A stretch of 63,610 bases of DNA, filler included, from Octopus bimaculoides (GCF_001194135.2; 5 parts of 5 records of this genome joined end to end with filler, not necessarily neighbours in it); one strand, 5' to 3'; positions 24,997 through 37,485 are shown, counted from the whole stretch's first letter. Notes: a model not told the origin generated them from the sequence alone. Numbers and translations: made by a program.

Positions 24997-26331
24997 ACTA
25001 GATATCAGCCAGGCTGGGGCACCGGCTTCAGTTGATGTTGGTCTTAGTACTTTACTTTCAATTTGCTATTTATTTTATCGATATCAACATTTGTCGAATA
25101 GCTAAGTTATCTCTGTATAATAACAGCCAATATAGATATTGGTTGCTTGATTTCTCCAGTCACGTTTTATAGAGAGAGGGAGAGAGAGAGGGAGAGAGAG
25201 AGAGAGAGAGAGGGAAATAGAGATACAGGAACAAGAGCTACAGGATGCGTGCATATACGAGGCTTGGTGGCATGAGAAGTAGAGAAGGAAATAAATTACG
25301 AAGTGATAGCTGTGGGAGGAATTATGCAAATGAGAAATTAATTTTCTTCAATTATATTTTAAGTTAATAAAAATTTTTATTTTGAAAATTATTATTTATT
25401 TCATCATTTTTGAAAAGCACTCAAAAGTTTGATAAAAGTGTAATTATAATTATTGTGTTACGCATGGTGGTAAAAGTATGCTTCTGAAGTTACTCGTCAT
25501 GTGACGAGTAACATGCTAGTAGAATTATAGTCTCTATAATTCGATTTTTAAATTTTAGTGACGATCACACCAACTAGGCTGACATCAGCAATCAAACACC
25601 ACTGAATAATCCAAGGTTATATAGAATAGAAAAAAATTACTCTGGAACCATAAGGCTATTTTATTTTGCTTTCAAAGCACAGATAAGCAGACAAATTGCT
25701 TTGTCAAATATGTATAATTTTATCACTAAAATCATAAAATACTATAAAGATATCATTTGCTTGAGATAATGATCCTGTGTATTGTATTTTATTAATATCC
25801 AAGCAATGTAATGTTCAAGTTGAATTAGAAAGATGTCGAGGTTTTGTACTACCTCTCCATAATTGCAATTCTGAATTGACATATTGATTTTCAGTTGCTT
25901 ACTTCTCGAATAAGCAACTAGAGAAGATTAATTTATATGCATACTTAGTATCACAAAAGACCTCTTATTGCTCCACACCTGTCTTTTCAGACTTATGTAC
26001 GTAGACATTCCTAGAATAATGTTGCCAAACACAGGTCGACACTTTATTTATGTTTCTTTAATTCGATTTCGCGTTTACAGTTGTAAGAGAAAGTACAACA
26101 CACTCCTTTAGGGACTCCTAGTAGGAATCTAGCTGGCGGGATACAAAACGGGTTCCTTTTTCGTTACCGGTGGGCAAAACAAACAACGGGTTGGTAGCTA
26201 TCAACTGCTGTAGATGTGGCAGTTACCAACAACAACAACAACGACACTACGATCCTGAGATAATTGTGGTTGTCAACCATGCGGAATACGTAAAGTAATA
26301 CCACTCTACTGTCGGTAGTCCCGTGGTATGA

Positions 26332-26637
26332 TTGTTGCGGTTGCTTTGGCCAGTTATTGAACAGTATTTAAATTTAAAAATCATTATTTTCACCGTGTAC
26401 AGCGAGATCTGGAACGTTTGTTCGCATTGTTATTCTTGGCACAACCAGGCAGATCCAGGCGCAATATATGCTGGTCACTATGGTTTGCGTCAATGAGCTA
26501 AGTGTGTCGACGACACCGTCGTCGTAGAAGGCAAAGATTATTCTCTTGTGACGTATACTGGAGAGACCTGCATATTTTGCGCCGGAAGCAGTCTTAGATG
26601 TGTTGAGAATAAATATGTGAATAATTGTGGTATTTAA
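26332..26637 (+). pseudogene. Candidate disabled Cys-rich small-protein reading frame with one internal TGA
   Basis: ...LKIIIFTVYSEIWNVCSHCYSWHNQADPGAIYAGHYGLRQ*AKCVDDTVVVEGKDYSLVTYTGETCIFCAGSSLRCVENKYVNNCGI*; TGA at 26494-26496; possible acceptor ttcaccgtgtacag at 26402. Confidence 0.3.
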
Positions 26638-26667
26638 AACTGAAATATAAATCTTTTATTTTTTTGT

Positions 26668-26868
26668 CCATTTTTTGTTTCAGTCGTTAGACTGCAGCCA
26701 CGCTGGGGTACCGCCTTGAAGAATTTTGGTCAACCGAATCGACCTAGTGCTTGTTATTTCTGGTACTTATGCTATCCATCTCTTTTTATCGAATCGCTAA
26801 GTTACGGAGATGTAAACGCACCAACCCCGGATGTCAAGCGGTGATAGAGACAAATACACACAAAGAGA

Positions 26869-26939
<71 letters not shown>

Positions 26940-27053
26940 GGCCTTGTTCTGCCGGAAGCTATAGTAGAAGATACTTGTCCAGGGTTCCACGAAGTGGGAC
27001 TGTACCCAGAATCACGAGGCTGGGAAGGAAACTTCTTACCACTCAGCCACACA
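26668..27053 (-). mobile_element. Composite SINE: tRNA head + CORE-like segment + internal (GT)n + Meta-like 3' domain + tail
   Basis: Head 27053-26985; gctatagtagaagatacttg; (CA)n 26870-26938; cgctaagttacgg/tggtacttat; tail ttttgtttcagtcg. Confidence 0.8.
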
Positions 27054-27064
27054 TAGAGATTTTG

Positions 27065-27200
27065 CACAGTTACCATCCAGCAGATCCACTCACAGAGCCT
27101 TGTCCGCCCCAGTTGCTACACCAAAAGACATTGGCCAAGGTGCCACCAATGGAAACTGAACACGGAGCAATGTGGTTACGAACGAATTGCTTAACCACAC
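27065..27200 (-). mobile_element. Second tRNA/CORE-like SINE head, tandem with the previous copy
   Basis: aagacattggccaaggtgccacc.atggaaactgaacacggagcaatgtggtt...ttaaccacac. Confidence 0.7.
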
Positions 27201-27751
27201 ACAAATGCCTACATCTAAACACACACACACACACACACACAGATACTCACACAGGTACGCACTAAGTGCCCCACTACGCACACTCGTATACAAACGTATA
27301 TACTTATCAAAGATATGATCCAGTGACTAAAACAAGCGAAAGAATAGTATTAGAAAGCACACAACGCATAAATAATATATGCACAATACACACGCCCCCC
27401 CCNNNNNNNNNNNNNNNNNNNNNNNNNNNNNNNNNNNNNNNNNNNNNNNNNNNNNNNNNNNNNNNNNNNNNNNNNNNNNNNNNNNNNNNNNNNNNNNNNN
27501 NNNNNNNNNNNNNNNNNNNNNNNNNNNNNNNNNNNNNNNNNNNNNNNNNNNNNNNNNNNNNNNNNNNNNNNNNNNNNNNNNNNNNNNNNNNNNNNNNNNN
27601 NNNNNNNNNNNNNNNNNNNNNNNNNNNNNNNNNNNNNNNNNNNNNNNNNNNNNNNNNNNNNNNNNNNNNNNNNNNNNNNNNNNNNNNNNNNNNNNNNNNN
27701 NNNNNNNNNNNNNNNNNNNNNNNNNNNNNNNNNNNNNNNNNNNNNNNNNNN

Positions 27752-27790
<39 letters not shown>

Positions 27791-28065
27791 CATACATACA
27801 TATATATATACACGCATATATATAGGTATGACGTATGTGTGGATATAAATCTATATACATGTGTATACACACATGCACACACACACAACTATGTATGTAT
27901 ATATATAATGTAAAATATATGTACATCTATATGCATATATATGTGTATACACACACATATATATATATACGTACATAGACAATATTGATATATATTCATA
28001 AAGGTAGCATAGCATATATATATAATATATATGAATAATATATACATAATACGTATATGTGTAAA

Positions 28066-28112
<47 letters not shown>

Positions 28113-28299
28113 TATTAGGCTAGTATTACATTTGCAAAGTACCCGATATTGTTCGGTTATTGTAAGAACATGCAGTAATGTGTTGATTTTCACACGTATT
28201 TTGCGTATTAATTCACCAATAAAGTTGAATCTATCCCTATTCTCACCAACCTGGGAATTATGACTAAAACGTTCTTTAATATTTATATTTTATCTTTTT

Positions 28300-28463
28300 T
28301 GTTTGTTGTTAACACAACGTTTCGGCAGATATACCCATCAGGTGTCTTAGGGGAAATTTCGAACCTGGGTTCTCATTCCTCAGGTATTTTTCGATGTTGG
28401 TCACTGCCTGGAATTAAACTCGGAATCTTGGGGTTAGTAGCCTGCGCTTTTCACCACTACGCC
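28300..28463 (-). mobile_element. tRNA-headed SINE ending in a hammerhead motif (stem II partly deleted in this copy)
   Basis: Minus: GGCGTAGTGG (A box)...GAGTTTAATTCC (B-box-like)...aagacacCTGATG[10-nt deletion]ggtatatctgccGAAACGTTgtgtt. Confidence 0.8.
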
Positions 28464-28466
28464 CAA

Positions 28467-28512
28467 GACACCTGATGAAGACTGGAGGGTATATCAGCCG
28501 AAACGTTGTGTT
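28467..28512 (+). ncRNA. Minimal type I hammerhead ribozyme (Penelope-type), intact core; inverted copy of the SINE 3' end
   Basis: Stem I GACAC/GTGTT, CTGATGA 28472-28478, stem II agactg..cagcc (1 mismatch), GAAAC, predicted GUU cleavage after 28507, palindromic AACGTT stem III. Confidence 0.75.
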
Positions 28513-28569
28513 AACAACAAACAAGATAAGGACAAGTATGTCAAATGTGAATAATGTAAATGATGTATA

Positions 28570-28915
28570 TATATAAATGATGGCCGTCCACTCGTGACCG
28601 AGGAAGAGCATTGCTGACTTTTAGGAACATTGTGCGCTCTAGGACTAACTTAAATTTTGCATTTGCGGTTCCGTTGGTTGCTAAAGAGCCCCGCACTTGA
28701 CAAGCATACACAACTGCAAACATTGCAAACCAAGCTTTCCCCATTCACTACTCCAGCAGTGCGCTTTCGAGCAGCACGCTTGAGTTTTTCATGCAGAATA
28801 CGTGCTCTCTCAAAGGTGTCGACCCCCTCATTAACCTGCTTCCTCCATCTGTAGCAATCACAAATGACAGGCATTGCTCTCCCAGTCGGTCTCCTGCATA
28901 TTACTGGCCTTTAAT
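28570..28915 (-). mobile_element. RTE-clade LINE 3' end (ORF2 C-terminal C2H2-like finger)
   Basis: RWRKQVNEGVDTFERARILHEKLKRAARK...LVCNVCSCVCLSSAGLFSNQRN, followed by a short 3' UTR. Confidence 0.8.
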
Positions 28916-28948
28916 GAGGACTTGACACATATACATACATATAAAGTG

Positions 28949-28991
<43 letters not shown>

Positions 28992-29091
28992 NNNNNNNNN
29001 NNNNNNNNNNNNNNNNNNNNNNNNNNNNNNNNNNNTTAATTAATTAANNNNNNNNNNNNNNNNNNNNNNNNNNNNNNNNNNNNNNNNNNNN

Positions 29092-29165
<74 letters not shown>

Positions 29166-29521
29166 GTTTATGTATATGTATGAGTCAAGCCTAATTTTGT
29201 TTATCTGCATCACTACTCAGTTCGTCCTTGATTTCTCTTATGGTTACTTTTGACGCTGTGGGCTTTGCCCCCGGATGAAGAATACAGAGTTTAAGTTCAA
29301 ATACATTTGAACCCTATCTACGTGTTTTCTACACAGGACACAACTAGCTCTCATCTATTCTCTGTATCTTTCTGTTTCTGTCTGTCTGTCTCTATGTATA
29401 TGCCTCTGTCTGTCTCTCTCTATGTATGTCCCTATATATATTAAACTTACACACACACACACGTGTGTGTGTGTAAGTATTATACATGTATGTATATATG
29501 TATGTATGTATGTATGTATGT

Positions 29522-29728
29522 ACGAGGGTGTGCTGAAAGGTTCCTGGGTTTGGTTAAAAGAAAATACAGGAGGATCAGTTAATCATGATTTTATTGAACA
29601 TATTCTCCTCTCAGATTCACACACTTATTGCAGTGTTCCTTGAGTTTTTCTAAAATCTCGAAAGGCTGGGCCTCCAAGCAGGCCTTTCGCGACACCCTTA
29701 GAGCCAGGTAATTATCAGCACGCCCTTG
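29522..29728. mobile_element. Mariner-derived MITE
   Basis: TA-CGAGGGTGTGCTGAAAGGTTCCTGG; the other end reverse-complements to CAAGGGCGTGCTGATAATTACCTGG. Confidence 0.8.
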
Positions 29729-30254
29729 CACATATAAGAGAGTTACGTTTGTACCTGTTTTGTGTTTGAGTACGTAGATATGCATATAACGTCTGTATTT
29801 ATCGTGTATACATGACTATGCCAAGAACGACGTATCCGAAGGTGGATTGTAGCAACTTGTAATAGTTGTTGTTTAATCACAATTAACTGTTAACATGCAA
29901 TCCTATGGCACATAAGTGTTCTACGGAACCAACATGACGTGAGCCTCAAATACCTGTAATTCTGCCAGGTTGAGAAAAGTATGAGAACCATTGCCTCTTA
30001 AACTGCCGTGTGACAATCTGTATTTGAACAGTGTATAATATATCACTCGGTTTAACGCAACTACCTTTTTGTAGCGGATTTCATTCAATATACTTCAAAT
30101 GCTTGAACCAGGTTTCCAACTGCACTGCAAAGCACCGGCGTGCTTTCTTCCTCTTTTCTCTCTCTTTCTTAGAACATTCAAAGATGCCCAGTCTATTTAC
30201 GATAAAAGTATAATACCCATATATATATTCTCCTGTATATGTCTGAGTGTGTGC

Positions 30255-30356
<102 letters not shown>

Positions 30357-30414
30357 TAGAGATTGTATGTACAACGTGATGTAGGACTGCTACTTAGAGT
30401 TACACGTAAAATTT

Positions 30415-30507
30415 TTAGTAGAAGACACTCGCCCGATGTGCCACGCAGTGGAATTGAACCCGGAACCATATGGTTGGGAAGCAAGCTTCTTACCACACAG
30501 CCACTCC
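30415..30507 (-). mobile_element. tRNA/CORE-like SINE head
   Basis: tagtagaagacactcgccc.atgtgccacgcagtggaattgaacccggaaccatatggttgggaagcaagcttcttaccacacagccac. Confidence 0.85.
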
Positions 30508-30789
30508 TACATATATGTATATATGTGCATATATGGTACGTATGCATGTATGCATTTATGTATACATATGCATATATACTGAATATGACCAGAACTATTT
30601 ATTGTCATCGATAAATCTTTAAGTAATGTGATTCAAAGGAAAACTTATAGCACAAATAGATAGATCACTAAAGCCATGCACGAAACTCTCGGCCCTCGAT
30701 GCACTTTGTAATTTCTGTCAATCAAAAATAATAGAAAAATATATATCCCTATTTTGAACTTTATATATTCTGTTGGTACAAGCAAACCT

Positions 30790-31110
30790 ATACATACATA
30801 CATACATACATACATACATACATACACACACACATACACGCTCACATATACATACATACATACATACATACATACATACATACATACGCACACATATACA
30901 TACATACATACATACATACATACATACGCACACATATACATACATACATACATACATACGCACACATATACATACATACATACATACATACATACGCACA
31001 CATATACATACATACATACATACATACATACATACATACGCACACATATACATACATACATACATACATACATACGCACACATATACATACATACATACA
31101 TACATACATA
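30790..31110. repeat. Higher-order minisatellite: (CATA)n interrupted periodically by CGCACACATATA
   Basis: Units of about 24-36 bp, about 8 copies. Confidence 0.9.
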
Positions 31111-31264
31111 CCAATGTGGTTAGAAAAATGCAAGAGAAAGAGGATATCTATGAATCATTGGTTGTTTGTAAATCGTACCCAAGCTACTTTTTTCAGTGTC
31201 ATAACTATTATTACTGAAGCAACAGGATACATACCAACCCGAGACTATAGTAGAAGATACTTGC

Positions 31265-31343
<79 letters not shown>

Positions 31344-31394
31344 CATACATATATATATATATATATTTCCCCCATCAGCCTCCACCGCTTAATA

Positions 31395-31595
31395 AGTGGT
31401 ACTGGTTTGTTTACGTCCCTGTATGCTAACAGTTCGGCAAAAAGAGAACGATAGAATAAGTACCAGCATTAAAAGAAATAATGTACTGGGTGGTGGTGTT
31501 GGGTCGATTTTTTTGACTAAAACCCTCTAAGTCAGTTGCTCCAGCATGGTTGCAGTTCAATGACTGAAACTAGTAAAAGTTAAAACGTAAACCAT
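31395..31595 (+). mobile_element. 3' part of the composite SINE in sense orientation
   Basis: gtttacgtccctgta..gttcggcaaaaagagaacgatagaataagtaccagc...tgactgaaactagtaaaag. Confidence 0.8.
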
Positions 31596-32548
31596 ACGTA
31601 AAATAAAATTAAAAAGATAATAAATGCAAAGACAAACCAAAACAAATAATTTTGAGTCATTCATCTACTGTTCTCAGTTCAAATATTGACTTATGTCGAG
31701 AGCTTCTTGAGGCGGTAAAAAGGAACTCTAGGTTTGTATATTTTCCTTTTTACCTTTTCTCCTTTCCTTTCCTTTCCCATCGGAAATGATTCAATCAAAC
31801 AAGCCTCTACCTTTCCCACCAATCCTACGAATTCGTGAACTTTTGCCAATATAAGAAATTAACAAGGGAATATTTGTAGAATTTGTAATATTTCTATGTC
31901 TTTCCAAACACACCGTGAATAAAAAAAATAAAAAAAGAAATTAAAAAGATTTTCATCGTAGACATTGTCATAAAATTTAGCTTGCAAAAATGACCTTTAA
32001 TATGAATGAGCTCTACAAACACATCTGAAAAGAATGTGTAATAGAGTTTTGGTGAAATTTAAATTGCTGCTGGAATTAACGATATGGAATTGATAGCTGT
32101 CCAAAAAGTAAAAGAACTAATACGTGAAGAAAACGAAATGAGTTATTCTAATCACAAGAATGGCTGTTATTTAAATTGAACCTCGAGAGAGTACTAATGC
32201 GAAATCTAAGTTGTTTTCTCCAAACAAAATCTCACAGTTCAAGACGATCACCAAACAGTAAGAACTGTGTTGATTTGCAATGAATAACAACAGCTGCCTT
32301 ATTTGTTGCTCAGCTATTTTTATTACTTGTCACACATGTTGTAAAGTTCTAGTTAAAGCGGACATGAGTCATTAAAAGGCATAGATACCAAAAACCGAGT
32401 CCGATAAAATAAGAGCCAGTTGATTACCAGGCTTCGATAAAAAGGATTATACACTTCCCTTCCCAATGATAATAATAATAATAATACTAATAATAATAGT
32501 AATAATAATAATATAATAATAATAATAATACTAATAAATGATAATAAA

Positions 32549-32708
32549 GATTTGCTGTTTATTGAGATCGAAAAAATCGAAATCACAGGGCGGTTGCAAT
32601 TCCAGTGATTGTAGGAATACTAGGAATGAGTAAAAAAAGGAACTAACAGAAGATAAGATTTGAGAATGATTCCAGGCTTACCATCCTTGCAAGAAGTGCA
32701 AAAGATTG
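32549..32708 (+). mobile_element. R4/Dong-like (restriction-like endonuclease) LINE C-terminal remnant
   Basis: Frameshifted IEIEKI..RAVAIPVIVGILGMSKK..MIPGLPSLQEVQKI, matching the 'PVIVGALG...IPG...QK' RLE C-terminus. Confidence 0.65.
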
Positions 32709-32944
32709 AGAAAAGCATTGTTGCTGCGGAAACGATTACCACCCATGTCAATATTTTCTTTCCTACATAACTCCCATTTGAGTTTGTAAATTAACAATTT
32801 GGTGTGTTTATTTGAACGGCCTACCAATGTACACAGTGAGTATCTTTGCCCTAGGTGACGGCAAGAGATTCGGCAAGAAATGGAGACATTTCAACAACAC
32901 TGAAAAAAGTAAAACTCAGTATAATAATAATAATAATAATAATA

Positions 32945-32983
<39 letters not shown>

Positions 32984-32999
32984 TTAATAACAATTTCAA

Positions 33000-33135
33000 A
33001 TTTTGGCTGAAGGCGAGCAAGTTCGAGGGAAGGGGTACGCTGATTACATCGACCCCAGTGCTGAAATGGTACTTATTTTATCAACCCCCGAAAGGCTGAA
33101 AGGCAAAGTCAACCTCGGTGGAATTTTAACTCAGG
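33000..33135 (-). mobile_element. Meta/MESC-core SINE fragment
   Basis: tggtacttattttatcaacccccgaaaggctgaaaggcaaagtcaacctcggtggaatt. Confidence 0.8.
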
Positions 33136-33427
33136 CTTTACATAAAAGATGAGAGCGAGAGGATTGGGGAATGAAATAAAATGTAAACATAGTATACACA
33201 ATATGCGAACGGATCTATGATGCATTCCTCATGATGCAGGAGAACTAGGGTCGACCATGGAACCCTATAAATCCAAGATGATCCTGACCATAAAGGGAAG
33301 GCACAAACCTTGGCCTAACTGTTGGTCTCTAATCTACAGGCGCATATTTAGAGTAGGTCCATTTACCCTAACCACTTTTGCCCACATTTTGGTCTTGTGG
33401 TTGTATTTGAAAACATTATTATTATTA

Positions 33428-33489
<62 letters not shown>

Positions 33490-33492
<3 letters not shown>

Positions 33493-33810
33493 TAGTGAGA
33501 GAGCAGCACACACCATCAAAGTGACGTCGGGGCACAACTATACGAAGTCCGATAGACCCATCATGACTACTTGTCTGATAAGGGTACACCAGGTACATGC
33601 ATCAGCAACCATATGTGCGCGACATAGTGATCTCGTATCAAGATAAACAACACGTTTCCAGGGATGAATTATTCAAATCCCCCCCCCACCAAATCCCTCT
33701 CAACACTTGTCTATGATGCTCCCCCAATCCTTCTGCTCATGATCTGAGATGTCCATATCATCAGCCACTAACAGAAATGCTCAAATGGTTAAGGTCAAGC
33801 AACTAACAAG
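33490..33810 (-). mobile_element. Interspersed repeat with (TAA)n tail, probably a non-LTR 3' end
   Basis: Homologous to 22735-23075; abuts an (ATT)n run at 33416-33490. Confidence 0.6.
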
Positions 33811-33827
33811 TAAACCTGTGGTATTAC

Positions 33828-33884
<57 letters not shown>

Positions 33885-35364
33885 AAAAAGGTAATATTTA
33901 TTCCCATTTAAAAGTGGATATAGTAGAATAGTAGTATTCATGGTTTAAGAAATACGTAAAGCGTTTCCAGTCTTAGGTTAGGTATATCTTGGCGAATGTG
34001 CATAGAAGAGACCAAGATTAAAGAAAATGTTCCCTAGAAAACATTCACAGGTAACAAGGATGCTCGAAATTAAAGTTAATATGAAATCATTCTGAAATAA
34101 AAAGGAAAACACATACGGTCGTATAACACTTTTCTTGATGCGATGAGAAACAAAGTTCTTGATTGTCATGATGTCTGTTTTTTTTTTTAACTGTTCGGTA
34201 TCATTCTTCAGCTTTTCAGCTCGCTTTCGCACATCATTATAGTCATTTAGTATTGCTATGTCGGTAATTAATATGCCATTTTCATTCTTGTGACAAAGAA
34301 TAGTGTCAGGTTTATTATATCTGGTGTTTTATTGAAACTACTTTCATATCGTTATTTTCTTAGACAGATGGCAGGTTCACAAAATCTAGTGAATTGCCAT
34401 ATGGAGATCAGCATTCCAACATAAATGGATCTACAAGAATATTTCGTCAGATTTAGCATAGGACATACTGATACAATATAATGTATTGCATCAGGAAGGG
34501 ATTCCATCGCTAATATTTGTGATCTCTATTGCAAGAGTTGTAGACATTCCTTTCAATGCATCAAGCGGCAGCGGTATGTTCATGTATCACGAATGTTGTT
34601 GCTCCTGCTAATGTCACTGAGTCCAGAGGTAGTCTTATATCTATATACGAATCATCGAGCAACCGAGTCTGTCCGATAATGCTTGCAGGGTGATAAAACC
34701 GTAGTTTATCTGCGACTATAGATGTCCACAGTCAGTTGTGAGAGACATATGGTTATTATTTCTAACAAACAGAGTAACCACGCTGAGGCAATCGTTATTG
34801 AGTGACCAGTAGTCAATACTGAATCAACAAACTATTTTGCTATTCCCATCCATACTGGCTTTATTCAAAGTCACTGTGACTAGTAGTACTTTACCTATTA
34901 ACATGTTTTCTTTTGTAAAGACGAGGCATCTGACTACTATTTCTAGCAAGGAAAGTAACCGTGGAGACGCCCACTCGTTGGTTATCGAGAAGAATGTCTT
35001 TATAACTTAGCCATAGATTAGCCTCGAACTACCCGACCATTGATTATGACATGCTCGTCTTGTCTTTTATTCAATCTTAGTTATAACTGGTGCTGCATTA
35101 TGCAAGCCGCCTTTCCTTCTGTGATTTGGCGGGGACTTTTGGCATGTCGAACAACTCCCTTGCTAGTTCTATAAATCGTTGCTGTTGTTGTTTAATACCT
35201 AAGCCAGACCTGATCCGGTAGACCTATCATTGAGACCATTCCGGCTGCGACCACTCCATTTTTACTCAGCGTATCTAAGATTACTGCTGCCATTGTGCTT
35301 ATCTCTTTACTAACGCTTTCTCCCTCACACATACACACATACTCACGCACACATTGCACATGTG

Positions 35365-35475
<111 letters not shown>

Positions 35476-36681
35476 ACACACATGTATCAGTCAAATCATC
35501 ACAGGTATGAGGGAGACAGAAAGGAGGAAGAAAGAAGTGCGTATGTTTGTATATGGTATAAAGTAGGAAGATATGAAAGTAAAACTTCAGAAACCCGAAT
35601 AATCCGTCGTGGGTTTGGGTCGGTCGGCTATAAGTAATTCAATCAAAAAAGGTAACGGATTTAATTAAAAATAAACGTAAAGTCAATGTATTTTGCAGTG
35701 AGGAAAGCGTAAAATGTTTCGAACCTAGGCTATTTATCAAGATTTAGAGGGGAGATAATAAGAAAACGAAAAAAAAAAAAGCCCATGTGTAGTAATCTAA
35801 GAATCAAATATTTCTTTTCCTGTTATCTAGCTTATTTTTCTTGATAAAGGGACTACGCCCGAAATATTGATGCTATTCAATTTTCCTTACGGTAAAATAC
35901 ATTGATTTTTACATTTATATCTATTATTACTTTTAATATTACTTTTTCCCTTGAAATTATTAACTCTGTGGAGATCACATAAACAACAATAACAGAAGGT
36001 ACACGTTGTTTACACGGCCGAATATACCTATAAAATGTAAATGATTTTGACTTCAAGAGATGAATGATCAATATGTAAACGATTCGTACATCAAGAGACG
36101 ACTTATCAATGGTTGTTTAATACTAATGCCTTTGACGTTTTAAAGATGAGAGACAACATTTTCTTGGATGTCATGGTTGCAATAAACTAGACCACATGTG
36201 ATTCTAACACTTTAGTATCCAGTCCACAGAAAAACCCTATTATTGTTGCTGTCATTGTTGCTGTTGTTGTTATTGTTGTTGTTGTTGCTATTTTTTCCTT
36301 CACTGAAAATTGTCATTCGAGTTTTATTATATCTCATCCCATAAGTATAATCCTTTCTTTATCTACAATGAGAACCATCAAAGACTAGTATTACAATGCA
36401 ATACAATACAATAACAATACTAATTTGACAATAGAATACAGTATCATACACTGGACAAACAACGATCGGCGTTGTATAGGTGAGGACGCACACACGCACA
36501 CGCGCACACACGCACGCGCATACTCCACCCACACAAAGACACACTCCAGCATGTTATATGTGTGTGTGTATGTGTGTTTGTGTGCATGTATGATATAATA
36601 TATGTACATGTATATTTACATATGAGTGTACATAAGTATATAATATATATATATTTATATATGTACATATATATGTGTGTG

Positions 36682-36748
<67 letters not shown>

Positions 36749-37310
36749 TTGTGTATATATTCATACATAAATATATTTATATATATATACACGCACATAT
36801 ACATATATGTACAAACACACACATATATATGTAGTATTTTCAAAAATATAACACGCATAAATATTGTGCTTTTTCTATATTTAATTGCAGGATATGTTTT
36901 GCGAAAAATTCCGCTGTAATTTCTAAAAAGATAATCGAGAACTGAGGTAAAAACGTTCTATGGCCACACACACACACGACCCAATAGTTCAGAAATTCTC
37001 CTTAGTATTCAAGATAACCTGGGTTTGTAATAGCCAGCTTTGCCACACATGCTGTACCATTCATTCTGCCTGAGGATTACATAAAGTGTAAATATGCGTG
37101 TGGAACGCTTAACTATTTACTCGCCAATATAATGAACAAGTAATTCAATTGGTTCAACGATTGAATACTCATCGTCGAAACCGACGAAGTTCTATGGAAT
37201 TATACACACATATATACATTCATACATACAAATACACGTGCGCATACTGACGCACAGTCACATACGCATGTATGTATATATACATACACACACACACACA
37301 CACACACACG

Positions 37311-37356
<46 letters not shown>

Positions 37357-37422
37357 NNNNNNNNNNNNNNNNNNNNNNNNNNNNNNNNNNNNNNNNNNNN
37401 NNNNNNNNNNNNTATATATATG

Positions 37423-37485
<63 letters not shown>

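Noticed and set aside
33978-34110. Minus-strand acceptor followed by the hydrophobic stretch ILTLISSILVTCECFLG
   Set aside because: No in-frame ATG or convincing donor, and it lies downstream of the PAN exon, so it cannot be that gene's signal peptide.
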